Below are positions 12,491 to 25,622 of a stretch of DNA of 64,000 nt, one piece after another (the first letter of the stretch is position 1; each line of letters begins with the position of its first letter). Location: contig CM060731.1 in the NCBI GenBank assembly GCA_030704615.1, positions 51,212,001 through 51,276,000 of the forward strand, read 5' to 3'. The translations under genes were made by a program, and so were the position numbers. The notes below the pieces were generated by a model. The model had not been told where the DNA came from and made no database searches. It worked only from the letters and a program-made list of their open reading frames with translations. This DNA is from Takakia lepidozioides. Its lineage: Eukaryota; Plantae; Bryophyta.

Positions 12491-13599
12491 ACCGATCAAG
12501 AATCCTATGTAATACAAGTTCTAGGAGGGCTAGTGTGAGGTCGTAAAGTCTCTTGTAAGCCGCGGTGTGACAATGGTTCGTTCGATGGTGGGTTTCGGAA
12601 AGGATCAAAAGACTTTGGTACGTGGAAAAAATTAAGAATGATGGTACTGGGTTTTGGACCTGGGTCCGAATGCCTAATCCATCAAATATAGTGGGTGTCG
12701 TACTAGGGTCCAACAACATGGTAGATGGGAACGGTGGAAGTGGGTTTGGGATCCGGATCCCAAAATCTGATGAAACAAGAAAGTCGGATTTGGAACCAGA
12801 TCCGACAAACAGATTGATCACATCCATGCGTCCAAGAAGCCCCAAATTGTAGGTAGTATTGTTATACTAACATGTCATTGAGTCTGGACCGAGTTCCAAA
12901 GAAATAAGCCTGACGGGATAAAATGTTCGTTGGAGACATAGAAGTTGTGTCATGTGTGTCAATAGATGGTAAGAATAACACGAACGCTGAACTGTCTCCA
13001 CACATTGCTAGGTTTCGGACCCGGGTCCGATAACCTGAATAATCATATCAGTGCCCAGAGTGTTGTAAGGTACTGTCACTAAACCTAAGAACGATCAGGC
13101 TCATTAAACGATAATAGATTGTGGACCATGGGACGAAACAATCAGCCTTGAGAAGTGTAACGGATCATGTAACCAAAACAGCTATAATCCACTAGAGTAG
13201 TTGTGTCGACATAGAGTCCGTGCAATGAATTATTTTAGTTCATCACTAAGAATGGTGTGTTTCAGACCTGGGTCCGATGACCTGCATGAAACCCAGGTCC
13301 ACATCGTCTTCAGTTAAGCACAAACATTTAAAGAGAAATGTGTCTAGAGCTGGACGAAATCAAAAGTATAACATCTAGTTGTCAGTGTTTGCATTATGAT
13401 AGTTAGCACGGAACCTTTAAATCCAAGTGACTCAGCTGATCTATGATAGATTGACTTCAAAGTGGATGGTAAGCTTTCATTTGATTCGGAATGTCATCAA
13501 TAGTTGTTTATCTTGGATGTTAATAATATGATTTGTAACCATATAATATTCAGAGCTAATCTTCCTAGCCTTGTATCTAATGCTCTCGTCAATTATAGA

Positions 13600-14345
13600 A
13601 TGGACAATGTGGATGGACCGGATGATTTGGATGATACTCCGCACTTTCCAACAAATCTGTCGACAATTTGTCACTCAAACCATTCGAAGAAACGAATGTC
13701 ATCCATGTGTATCTCATCCTTGGCTGAATGCACTACACCGCAACTAAAGATAGGTATTGTAGGAGATGGACCAATGTTCACACAGTCTGGTGTTTCAATT
13801 CCCTCTGTGAAGAAAAACAGGTCAACATGTGTTGGGAAACCATACACGGTCATGTCAAGTGTAATTTCAGGGTTTACTATACCAGGGCCGAGTTTCAATC
13901 TAAGAGATTGGGCTGGTTCTCCGATAACTCCTGGACAAATCAGTGACCTCAGCTACAATGTCAGGGATTGGATAGGCTCACCGCTAACTCAAGGGCTTGC
14001 AATGACTATCTCCAGGAGTCCCGAAGGAAAGCCAATGACCCCTATTGATAATTTCGCCACTCCAAGAGCCGGAGATGAGCCTCCAAGTTGTTTCAATCCA
14101 GCGTGTCTTGGACTAGTGGTTCAATGCCCTTTTGGAACCCCGAGAGCAGTCAGAGTGCCTTTAACAATTCACCACAATACTTCAGAGGACCAAATAATTC
14201 GCGCCACAACGACTCACTCATTTTCATCCCAAAGGAACTTCATTATTTGCCGTTGCTGAGAGCATTACCTGAGGATGAAAAGTTCCCAGTATGGCTACAT
14301 CCCGTTTATATCGATAGTGAGACTGGGCTCCTGACTTTTGCGTAG
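13600..14345 (+). pseudogene. Unknown protein, frameshifted
   Basis: ORF MDNVDGPDD... with internal repeat (NLRDWAGSP/NVRDWIGSP) overlapping ORF 14088-14345. Confidence 0.35.
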
Positions 14346-14608
14346 TTTCAACTGAGGATGCCAATGTACTTGTGTGTCACTCTTTGAAATAAATGATTTC
14401 AGATCGCCTTATGAGTAATGGTGTATAAATTAGTCTCCTGTGAACCTTAAACAAGTGTAAATTAGTCTCATTTGAATGCATGATGTTAACTTTCTATGTT
14501 TGTCTACATCGGACCCAGGTCCGAAAGATTCTGTGAGTATTTGCGTCTAACTGGGAGCTGAAAGTGTCATGCTACAGGAAGAAGTTTCCGGCCGGATGTA
14601 GGCCTACA

Positions 14609-17600
14609 ATGTCTTCAGACATTGCCGGGGAGGTCCTTTCTGAGAGGTCAGACATATATCGGACAGAACACGTCGCCATTTTCCGTCTATCTGACAAAGT
14701 AACCTCTTGGGGAGTTTCTCTGAGTGGAGCTCCGCCGGATCATGTTCTTCGATTCCTGTACAGGGAGGGAGAGGAAACCACAAAGCTTGAGTATGCTCAC
14801 GTTCAAGATATAGAACTTGAACCTGACGCGGACGATCCGCTGATTGTCATATTTGTACGGGAAGAGGACCAGCAAGCACGCACCATCGGGTATGCAACAA
14901 CGATTTGAATTGCCGACAGAGGTTTGATGACAGGACTCCAGGAGAGTGGATTCAAGTTCCCTAGAGATGGATCTACCCCGGATGAGTTTTCTTTCTACTC
15001 GGAGTGGTCTAAACTTATGGGACGCCTCTTCAATGTAGGAAAGGAAAACGAGAGAAAAAGACAAGAGCTTGAGGCCGAGAGGGAGACAGAACAGGCTCAA
15101 AAGAAGAGAAAGCCGAGAAAACGTAAGACACCTGCTGACACTACACCTCAAGAGGATGGAGACCCTGAAATTACTCCACCTCCGAAGCCGAAGAGAAACT
15201 CTAAGCCCCCGCTTGACCCAGTGTTCTCAAGTGACAAGAAACCGAAAATTGGGGAGATATATGACAAAGCTAAATGTGAGGCAATGGAGAAGGAGCTCTC
15301 AGAAATATATGGGGACTTATTTCCCTTTGGGTTTGAAGAGACCCATTCCATTCCTATTTTGAGTATGGAGCAAGCACCCCGACAGATGGTCTACAGGCCC
15401 TGAATGACAAACACAAGGATGAGATCAAAGCTAGGCTTTTAAAGCTCCAGGTCCTTGATTCAAAACACTCTGTCTACATAGCACCAATGCATCCCAATGA
15501 CAATAGTCTAGTGTGGCCGGAAAAGCCAGAGAGGTGGGATGAAGTGAAGGATGCCAAATTCTTTGTTATTAGTGGGCAACACACCATAATTGTTGCGAAG
15601 GTACCAATTCATGCAGTCCAGCGCTTGAATATGTCATTTTCTATTGTTGTAGCTAAATCAAATATACAGTAGTACCTCTTCGGACCCTATTTCGAAGTCC
15701 ATTGCTTCCTCATATTTTGAGTTGGTTGCAGGAGCTAATCTTGGAGGTGGACAACGAGGAACTGAAGAACTATTACAACAATTGGCCGGCCAAGATTGTC
15801 TGGTCAGATGACGTGCTTCGCCTTATGAAGATTTCAAAACTTCTAAACGATCCAAACAAGACCCAAAAATTTGACATTACATTTCCTGAGAAGGTCGCAC
15901 ATTGCCGGTTTTTTTACGAGCTACAGGGCCGGCCAACAAAACATAACGAGCGTAACTCAAAAGAAGAGACCACTCAATGGGTGGTAGGATCCCAGAACTT
16001 GACCTACATATTTTTTTTTATGTCTCATGCTGATTTGGTCATTAGCTTGGTTGAAACGAGTACTAATACATAAGTGCATCTTATAGGAATTTATGCAAGC
16101 TGTCCATATTATCCTGGAGTCGTCGAGTGTAAAGGAAGCTATGGTTCTTATTCTAGCCACAGAAAACGTTTGGGACAAGTGGCAAGCGGTTTTCAAAAAA
16201 TGGGACCAACATAAGGTGATCAGACACCACTTAACCGGAGTCAGTTGAGGAATATTCAGGGGCTCTCCGAGTGGCAACTTCTCAAGCTGGCCGAGAAGAT
16301 CCTCAGTTGTCAGCTGACCGTCAAATGTCCATACAAAGGGAAAGACCCTTCAATCCAGAGCATAGTGAGTTATATGGCGCATATGAAGGACATGAGGTTT
16401 GTGATCGATGACATCATGACAGGATAACAAAAATTAATCCCAATCCTTATGCTAGAGAGTTGTGGCTTGACGTTAAAAAGAAATACAAGATTGACAAAGT
16501 ACAGTTTGATTTACTCCAAGGGAAGCTTGGGTCGGATTATCTCTGTAGCAAGGTACATAAGAACAAGCTTCAAAAAGACATTCCCGGAGCATTTATAACG
16601 GAGGTTAAGGCTTTGAAGAAGAGCATTGAGGAGAATGATGGGAGAACAAATGTAATGAGGACAAATTTTAAGAAGGTTTATTTCATGCGGGGTGTCAAAG
16701 AGAAAGCAAGTGACCTCAAGGCAAAACTCTCATATCTCCACAAGGATGAGTTTTCAAGCGTAAGCTTTGTCTTCGTGAACACTCTTGCGGAGGACGATTC
16801 CGTGGTTTGGTCTACCATGGATTACTCAACAATCCTAAACGCATTTAAATCCAAGCTGATTAATTGCACTGCCTTTGTATTCATGTCAAACCCAACATCT
16901 TTTGCCCATCTCAGATACTACATTAGGAGTGGAGAGGGAGCCAAGAGATTTCTTTGTGTTCAAGGGTTATATTTCCCTGGTGCGGAGGAGCCGGGTTACA
17001 AGTTCTGTTCCTTTGGATTGTCCAACCCTTTCCTCTGTTTAGACTATGTGTTTCCTGTCACACCCACCGAGTTTGAGCGACCAGAGGAGCATATTGCGCG
17101 GTGCCTAAGAACCACACCCATTCAGACCATATTGAGGGGTACAGATGAGGCCCCATCTGTACCCCTGGGTTTGAAGACGTATCCTCAAGAGCTGAGAAGC
17201 TCTGCTTCTGCTTACATTGCCTCTTTGTTCTGTACGACTGGAATGACAACTGTCAATATTTTTGGGGGTCCTGCACTTTCTTGCCATCTCCACGTAAGAT
17301 TCATGGCCATAATTTGCATATATTGTTGCAATATCCCTAAGAGCTCACTATTTGCTTCCCCATCCATTGTACGCCATTCCTCACTTCAGCTTAATTTTTT
17401 AGTATTCACCAGTTCGGACCCTGGTCCGAAGTTAGTAGAGAGTCATCTTGTTTGATTTCTGATATTTGCTTGTTTTATGCTCACACATTAATAAGTTGTG
17501 TTTATCCCTCGGGCCCTTCAAGTTCGCGTCGCTGACTTCAACCTCAACGACCGGAAAGACCTCTGTAGACAGAGGGTTGAAGCCAAGTTCCGACACTTAC

Positions 17601-19528
17601 CGATACATGACAAAGAGATGGGTCCACTCGAAGGGGAACCGAGCTCCGCTGGGAGTCAGCATGGCGTGCACAACCCACCTGAGGAGGGTGGCAGGGAGTT
17701 GGTCGCCAGCTACAATACGAGTGACGCCAGCGACTGCAGAGCCAAGGATAGTGACGACGGTGGTGAGACAAAGGCTCTCAAGGTCCAAGCTAGGAGCACC
17801 TCACCTCAAGTTACAGAAGGTAGTGCCACCCGAGCTAGACTGATCGATGTTCATAATGTAGCTCAAGGAAATCTACAAGAAATGGGGGCTCATGGCAGGC
17901 TTAACGAGGGGACCTGGATGTATCCGTTAAGGCAGTTGAGCACCGATTTGAACATGGGTTTTGACAGCATTGTTGGCAATACGATCCCACCTACGCCAAC
18001 TGGTCTTCCTCTGGCTTTGTTTTCTATGCCAGGTGCTGTTACTCAAGATATTGCAGAGGAGGCCGGGCCACTAGCATTGTCCTCCACCCCAAAGGAATTT
18101 ATTGTCATAGAGGACAACAATGAGGATGAAGACATTGATTTTGGGCAAGTGGCCGGTGAGGGTTTTACTCCAGCAGACGGAGATGGTCTTGTGGAATTTC
18201 GATCTCCCATGCCATTGAAGAGGCGGAGGAAAGGGTCCTCTACAAGCCATGGAGTGGCTCATGCAAATAATGCTGTAATGCCAGTTACTGAAGATCTCTA
18301 ATCAGGAGCCACATTGATAAGATAGATTGTTAATTATGAGTACAATTTGTACACTTTGCAAAATATTATCTTGTCGGGGGTTTTATCACTTATCTTTTTT
18401 AAGCCCATCTTTGGCAAATATTTGTTAAGCCTTACAGCTGAGACTGTGTATTATAGGTGCACCTCACAGATTCAAATGAGTCACCCTCAGAGGTAGGGCG
18501 GAAAAGTGAGACCGAACTACAGGTGGCAACACCATCAAATTCTCAAGGTTTAGTTATTGGAGGACAATCATGTAGGCCGGAAATCAACCTCAGTCCACAA
18601 CCAATCCAGACACGCAGCACATATGCTGCACGAGTGCTGCAATTGATGTCGCAGCAGCATATTGACGAGACAGAAGCAGTATCTCTTGTGGAGAAAGGAT
18701 CTCCCCCTGGCATTCCAAACGAAGTGGCACAACAACATGCGCAACAACCTCCAGAACAGCAGATAAATGAGCAAACTGGGTAGCAGTGTCAAACAACTCC
18801 AAAGCTGGTAAAGCGCTACATCCTTATCTGACATTTAGGAATCATACGCCGGCCCTTCTTTAAAACTATTAAATTTTTTGATGAAAGTAAAAAGTGAATT
18901 TCATCATTGTATCAGACGTACGTGTAGTGTAGAGGCCCTTAGCTTGGTGTTCTACACTATTGATAGACCTTGTTGATGCTAAGTAATAAGCATTTGTGTT
19001 CAATAGGCAAGATGACATGATATTTCCTGAGCCCAACGATCTTGACAGGGCTATGATGCCCGAGGATTTTTTTGCTTTGTCACTAGGCCCCAATGGTTCA
19101 AGACCTCCATACTATGCTGTAGTTCTCAATTTTGGGTTCTTATGCGATAGATTCCGTGTCAATGGGTCTCGACGTCTCACTGCAACGGCTCCATGTGTTA
19201 CTTATGGAAGTTCAAAATGGCGATTTGACATTGTCTCTTTGAGTTCTTGCATTGGCTACTGAGAAGGTTCTTTGTTATAGTTTGGAACACTGGTCCTGAA
19301 AATAATGTTGTAACTTTAACTAAAGCAATATTTGGAAAGGACTTTGATAGGGTAAGGACATACATCAATGAAAATTGCGTTAAGCATCGGTTAACCTTCA
19401 CGGTGAAATGGGACAATTTTCCACATTCCCCGATATATCTAAAGAAGTTATACGGTATATTTTCAGAGGAAAAGCCCGATATCTATAGGTCAAATTCTTT
19501 AATCTTCGAGACTGCGTGTACCAGTCAT
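14609..19528 (+). pseudogene. 5' part of a spliced multidomain gene: ParB/Srx-like domain, degenerate beta-class DNA amino-methyltransferase-like region, disordered region, first FCP1/HAD-like domain
   Basis: IPI..APRQMVYRP..KFFVISGQHT..WPAKIVW..ISKLLN; YPQELRSSASAYIASLFCTTGMTTVNIFGG; GT-AG introns 15601-15731 and 15984-16086; FFVIVWNTGPENNV..PIYLKKL..NSLIF; stops and frameshifts. Confidence 0.6.
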
Positions 19529-19960
19529 CACTACAACAGATTGCGGCTTTTACGACTCCTATGGGTGCGCAGTCATGACAGATTTGTGGCAGAAATGCCA
19601 TTTGCAGTCGTAAAATGCTTTTGAAGTCATAATGCAGGTCTGGGGAAGGCGTATATGCGACTGCATGGCTCCGGACTCTGCGGAACACAGGTCAAACATG
19701 TTTGACCACGAATATTGGCATGGCAGATATGACTACCAGTCACGGTCATGGCTACACTAGAATGACGTGTGTATATTGCTAGAAAGACATATGACTTCAT
19801 GACTCTCACTCTAATGCATTCTGCCAGATCATCACATGGATGAATCACTACATGACTGCACATGTCAACACATGCTTTTCTGGTTATATATATAATATAT
19901 GAGTATTTATATTTTGAAAAAACGGAGACTCTGACCACTAGAATCAATTTAAAAAAAAAA

Positions 19961-20159
19961 TGGTAAGTGCACAGTGTGTCGCCCTGGTGGTTTGGGGTTC
20001 AAACCCGCTGCCTTATCCCGTGTGTGGGATTGTTCGTGACAGTATGTCTGGGCATTGATCGTCCTGTATGTCTTATGGCCCATAAATGAAGGCGGGTGAA
20101 TTTCCCCCCTCCTCAAGGACCTGTGGTTTCCTTTAAGAAAAGAAAAAAAAGAAAAAAAA
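19961..20159 (+). mobile_element. 5'-truncated SINE copy inside the CACTA
   Basis: Homologous to 8757-8982 in opposite orientation; A-rich tail. Confidence 0.75.
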
Positions 20160-20439
20160 TCAAAGAGGGCTTTTAGGGTTTACAAAAAGGTTAAAAAACT
20201 TAAAAAGTTGCCCATCACGGTAGCGTGAACAGACTTAGAGCGAGCGGGAGGGAGAGAGAGAGAGGGTTGGGACTTAGAGCGAGCGAGCGGGAGAGAGGGT
20301 TGGGACTTAGAGCGAGCGAGCGGGAGAGAGGGCAAACATGCATGGGAGGCCCGCAGTTGGATCAACCTTCGCATTTGGAGCAAGCAACCCTAGAAACGCT
20401 ACGGTATGTGTGCGAGGAGGTTTCGGCTGGGAGCCCGCC

Positions 20440-21350
20440 GTTCTTGGGAGAGTCAGCTTCGTCTTAGCAGGCCGTGTTTCAATCTCTACCCGCTCGGCCC
20501 TGATTTTACAGCACGGAGCAGAGCTGGCATGAGTTTCTAAAAGATCCTTCACGATGGTGGGACAACCGCAATCGCAAGGTGTGGCTTTTTCTTAATGTAC
20601 GATGTGAAGAAGTTTGTCCATCCTGCAAATGTGGGTTGTTGGCTCCTGTTAGTACCATGATTTGGTATTCTTCCTGATGTTTACAAGGTTCTTGGGAGAG
20701 TTAGCTTGGTCTTAGCAGGCCGTGTTTCAATCTCTGCCCACTCAGCTGCACCGTGGTGGTTCTCACTGACCAATCCAACATTACCTGACTACAGAAACAA
20801 GCAGCACACTGAAGAGGTCCTCTTGGGTTCATGGTCAGTCAAATCCTCCATGGGCCATGACACAAGGTCGAGGACAATGTGGTGAGGGCACCTTCTTCTT
20901 CGACCTATTTCAGCCTGTTTTGCCCTCTCATCAGACTCGGCCCTTCATTTGCAGCACCGAGCAGAGTTGGCATGAGATTTTTAAAGATCCTTCACGATGG
21001 TGCGACAACCGCAATGGCAAGGTGTGGCTTTTCCTTAATGTACGATGTGAAGAAGTTTGTCCATCCTGCAAATGTGGGCTGTTGGCTCCTGTTAGTACCA
21101 TGATTTGGTATTCTTCCTGATGTTTCAAGGTTCTTGGGAGAGTCAGCTTGGTCTTAGCAGGCCGTGTTTCAATCTCTGCCTGCTCATCTGCACCGTGCTG
21201 GTTCTCACAGACCAATCCGACATTACCTGACTACAAGACACAAGCAGCACACACAAGAGGTCCTTTTGGGTTGATGGTCGGTCAAATCCTCTATGGGTTC
21301 TTCTTCGACCTATTTCAGCCTGTTTTGCCCTCTCATCAGACTCGGCCTTG
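20440..21350 (+). pseudogene. Tandemly duplicated captured exons with OSB/PDF-like motif (WHEFLKDPSRWWDNRNRK)
   Basis: Motif at 20522-20578 and ~20964-21021, each followed by a GT donor; ~440-bp duplication. Confidence 0.65.
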
Positions 21351-21779
21351 AGATGCATATTGAATTATGTAAGTTAGCTCGTTGCTCATTGATAAGTAGG
21401 GTTGGGGGTGTTTGCTGGAATGATTGTTGTATGCATGATTTTGTGTAGAGGCATAGATAGCTGAAGGAGCAGGGATAGAGTGTGGAAGAGGGCCATATTT
21501 CAAGCTCCAAATTATCTATGATTCCCTGTGGAAGGATAGATACAAGAAACCTGCATGGGTAGATGGTCAATTGGAAGCCGCAGCAGCAGCAGCACAATTG
21601 ATACAATCAAGCACTGCTAATGAAGGCACCTTCTGAAACACATTTCACCCTATTTTCCCCTCTTATCAGAATCGGCCCTAAATTTTCATGTTCAATTCTG
21701 CAAGTTAGCTGGTTGAGTGAATCTAGTTGGAGTGACTTTGACATGATACTGCCAATGTGACAAGAGTCTGCATTAAACC

Positions 21780-22800
21780 CATTGGTAGCGGGATATTGGG
21801 ATATCTCTTGGCCATGTGCCATCGTCAAAGCTGAAACTGTACTAGTTGTCATTCTGACCACTGCCCTAGTGGACATGTATGCCAAATGTGGGTGCAGCAA
21901 GCCTGATGCAAAGGGAGAGTTCGACAACATGGCTAAATGAGATGTGGTGTTGTGGACTGCCATGATTGTAAGGTGTGTGTAGCATAGGTGTGGGAGTAAG
22001 GCTTTGGAAACCTAAGAACAAATGATGTGGGAAAGGTTGAAGCCAAACCAGGTCATGTTCATTTGTGTTTGTTAATATGCATATGCGAGCCTAGCAGCCC
22101 TGGGAAGGGGCCAAGAGGTTCATGGTGACATCATCAAAGCTGGAATTGTACCTGATGTCATTCTGAACATTCCCCTGGTGTATATGTATGTCAAATGCGA
22201 GCCTGGTAGCCCTGGAAAGGACGCAAAGGTCCATTATCAAATCTGGAATTGTACCACTAGATGTCACTCTAAACACTGCCTTGGTGGATATGTATGTCAA
22301 ATGCACGCCTGGCAGCCCTGAAAAAGGGTACAGAGGTCCACGGTGATATTGTCAAAGCTGGTATTGTATTTGATGTGATTCTGAACGTTGCCGTAGTGGA
22401 CATGTATGCCGAGGTTGCAGGGTGCAACTACAAGGATACATGGTTGTTTTGATAATATGGCTGAATGAGATGTGGTACCAGCCTAGCCCATAATTGCACT
22501 TACCTAGAGTAGGCAATGAGTGAAGATGGGGTTTGTGATGTTGATCGTCCAAGCTGGAATTAAACAAATGTTGTTCTGAACTATGCCCTTGTGGACTTGT
22601 ATGCCAAATTGGGGTGCATGGAGGATGATGATCCCAGGATATGCACAACAGCGGCACGGGATGGAGGCCCTTTGGAGAGGTCTATGAGCAAGTGGTGTGG
22701 GAAGGGATACTGCAGTGCAACCACATCGCGTTTGTTACATTTGCAACATGTGTGCAAGCCTGGCAGCCTTGCAAAATAGCAAAGAGGTTCGTGGTGGAAT
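21780..22800 (+). pseudogene. Degenerate PLS-class PPR fragments inside the CACTA
   Basis: TTALVDMYAKCG, FDNMAK*DVVLWTAMI, KPNQVMFICV, repeated LEKG..VH..I..SG..DV..NTALVDMY. Confidence 0.8.
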
Positions 22801-24444
22801 TGTACTAGATGTCGATCTGAACTTTGACATGATGCCAATGTGACAACAGGAAAGTATCCAGAAACAGGTCACAGAGACGAGGAGAAGTTGTGGAATGGTG
22901 GGACAACCGAGGGAAAAAGGTTAATGCCTGTTAGATTATAGAGGGCAGATGCAATTCAACATAGGAACTAGTGTGATAAGCTGAGTTGGGTGTTTCCTAG
23001 ATTAAATGTAGGTTGTCATTATCAGCTGCAAGGCAAGGAAGTATGCATGATTTGTGCAGAAGTAGTGATAGCTGAAAGATCAGGGATAGAGTATGGGTCC
23101 AGATTCATCCAAGAGGGCCAGATTTCAAACACATGATTACCTATGATTACCTGTGGATTTAGCTATAAGAAACCTGCATGGGTAGATGGTGAACTGGAAG
23201 CCGCAGGAGTAGCGGCACAATTGATAAAATCAAGCACTGTTAATAAAAGCACCTTCTTCAACACATTTCACCCTGTTTTTCCCTCTTATCAAAACCGGCC
23301 CTAAATTTCAATGTCTGCAAGTTAGCTGGTTGAGTGAATCTAGTTTGGAGTGACTTTGACATGATATTGCCAATGTGACAACAGGAAAGTATCGAAAAAA
23401 ATTTAACGGAGATGAGGGGAAGCTGTGGAATGAATACTTTTCTGACCCCAGTCAATGGTGGGACAACCGAGGCAAAAAGGTAAATGCCTGTTGGATTACA
23501 GAGAGTAACAGATGCAATTGAGAATAGGAACTTGTGTGGTAAGTTGAGTTGGGTGTTTGCTGGAACAAATGTAGGCTGTCATTGTCAGCTGCTAACAGCA
23601 ATGCAAGGATATATGCATGATCTATGCAGAGGCATGGATAGCTGAAGGAGCAGGGATAGAGTGTGGGTCCAGATCATCCAAGAAAGCCGGATTTCAAGCT
23701 CCAGATTACCGATGATTCCCTGTGGAAGGATAGCTACAAGAAACCTGCATGGGTAGATGGTCATGGGTAGATGGTAGATAGTTTGGAGTGACTTTGATAT
23801 GATACTGCCAAAGTGACAATAAAAAAGTTCCATAAACAGGTAACAGTAGCAGATGCAATTCAGCACAGGCACTAAGGCAAACTCTCCTTCCCCGTAAGGG
23901 TGTGTTTTGGTATCTGAGCGAATAAATATTTTATCTAAGAATATAATTTCAAAAATTCGTTATTTAATAATGTGCCACTGTCCCATGTTGGTCAGTAATA
24001 ATAATTATAATAACAAATAATTATATAATTATTTTAGTAATTATAATAACAATAAAGTAAATCTACAACCCCCAACAGCGACGCGTGTCAATTGACATGA
24101 GGAACCACGTGTCACAATCACGATGCGACACATGCTGACGTCTGATTCCCTCCTCTGCAGTCGGATGGCGTCGCAGTCTGACACGTGGCGTGTTCTGTAG
24201 AGAGCACGTGTCTCTATTACACAGCGGCTGACATGGACCTGTTCAGTCATTCAGTAATGCCAGCGTGTATGACTACCCCCACAGCTGCTCTGGTGCCACG
24301 TGACAGCCAGCCTGGAGAGTCATATCTGCCATGTCACAACTGACTAGGTCTTTACGTCTGCAGAGTCAGGAAGTCGTAAATGGCTTCCATGACTGCATTT
24401 GCAGTCATAACACAGAGACGTAAAAGCCGCAATTTGTTGTAGTG

Positions 24445-24684
24445 CATACTTAAATCCCACAGCTTTGGTTGTGTTTCTAGATATTAAGTTTGAGGCTACA
24501 GAATGATCTTTCTCAAGACAATTTCCTCATTGGAGAATTCAAGCCATTCTTGAGGAACCTTCGAAGGTCTGGGTTGGATGCTTGTGTTTATAACAAGCAT
24601 AACCGGATCAGGCTCTCAGAGTCATTATACTGGAGCGATCCTCAACTTAAGTTCTTGAAGTTGTGGGATTTCAAGTGGCCGAAG
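24445..24684 (+). pseudogene. Exon remnant of the ParB/MTase/FCP1 gene between the two insertions
   Basis: Continues from 19528 (CVYQ-SYLNPTALVVF) and ends WDFKWPK, which continues in frame after copy B (PNEFDEWVKNLEARVDAAK). Confidence 0.65.
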
Positions 24685-25584
24685 TGTCGCGCGGCTTCTA
24701 CTCACCCGTCCCTTCGCTATCCGAGGCGGAAACTCCAAGATAGAAGAGTTGGAAATCTCTAAGTACTCAGCCCGCTCAGAACAATCAGTCATGACCTACA
24801 GCTAGTGTATCATGGGGGTGTTTCCTATTTGTTTTCCTTCCCGCATTCATGTTAGCTAGTTACTTTACTGCTGGTAATTAAGTATCAGTTTACTCCATCA
24901 ACTCATCCATTCATTCCACAGCTTCACTCAGATCCCTCTACACAGTGTGAGTATGAAGTGTGTATCAGATTAATATCTATCAAGTATCAGGCTAAAGTCC
25001 TGGAGTCTCTAATCTGCTCTACATTATAATTCTACTGCTTGCTATCATGAAGCATCAACAGATCCTCCTCCTACTCCGTGCTCTCCATCTTCCTGCTCAG
25101 AGATACGCTCTCCCTCCTTTCCCCAGTGATGTCCGAAGTCTCCCCCAAGAAGTGCCCCCCTCTTGTCTCCGCTGCCCGCTTTATCCCTTCCCCCCTGTTC
25201 TAACCGTTTTCCTTCACTAACCGTCCTCCGTGAATTACATGTTCCCCGGCAGATGTTGTTCCCCACAGTCGTTCCCTGTCATGATAACCGTTCCCTACGA
25301 CTGTGACAGCTGTGTCAGACTGTGACGGCTATTTCGGGCTGTATCGGGCTGTGACTGGCTGTGTATGGCTGTGACGGGCTATGACTGTGACGGGCTGTGA
25401 CTGGCTGTGTATGGCTGTGACGGCTGTGACTGTGTCGGGCTGTGACTGGCTGTGACGGGCTGTGTATGGCTGTGACGGGCTGTCTTAAAAAATTAAGGGT
25501 ACCCCTCAGAACCCATAGAAGTGTCTAAGTCCCAGACTCCACAGAACCCATAAAAATGCCTAAGTCCCAGACTGCCTCCTAACA
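24685..25584 (-). repeat. 3' LTR of copy B
   Basis: Preceded on the minus strand by PPT aaagaggggaagggg(taa); TG..CA termini. Confidence 0.95.
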
Positions 25585-25622
25585 TTACCCCTTCCCCTCT
25601 TTAAAAGCCGTGTCCTCACGGT

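Larger units (their letters stand above)
19529..24444. mobile_element. Non-autonomous CACTA (En/Spm) element carrying host gene fragments
   Basis: 26-bp TIRs CACTACAACAGATTGCGGCTTTTACG / CGTAAAAGCCGCAATTTGTTGTAGTG (1 mismatch), 3-bp TSD CAT on both sides, no transposase. Confidence 0.93.
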
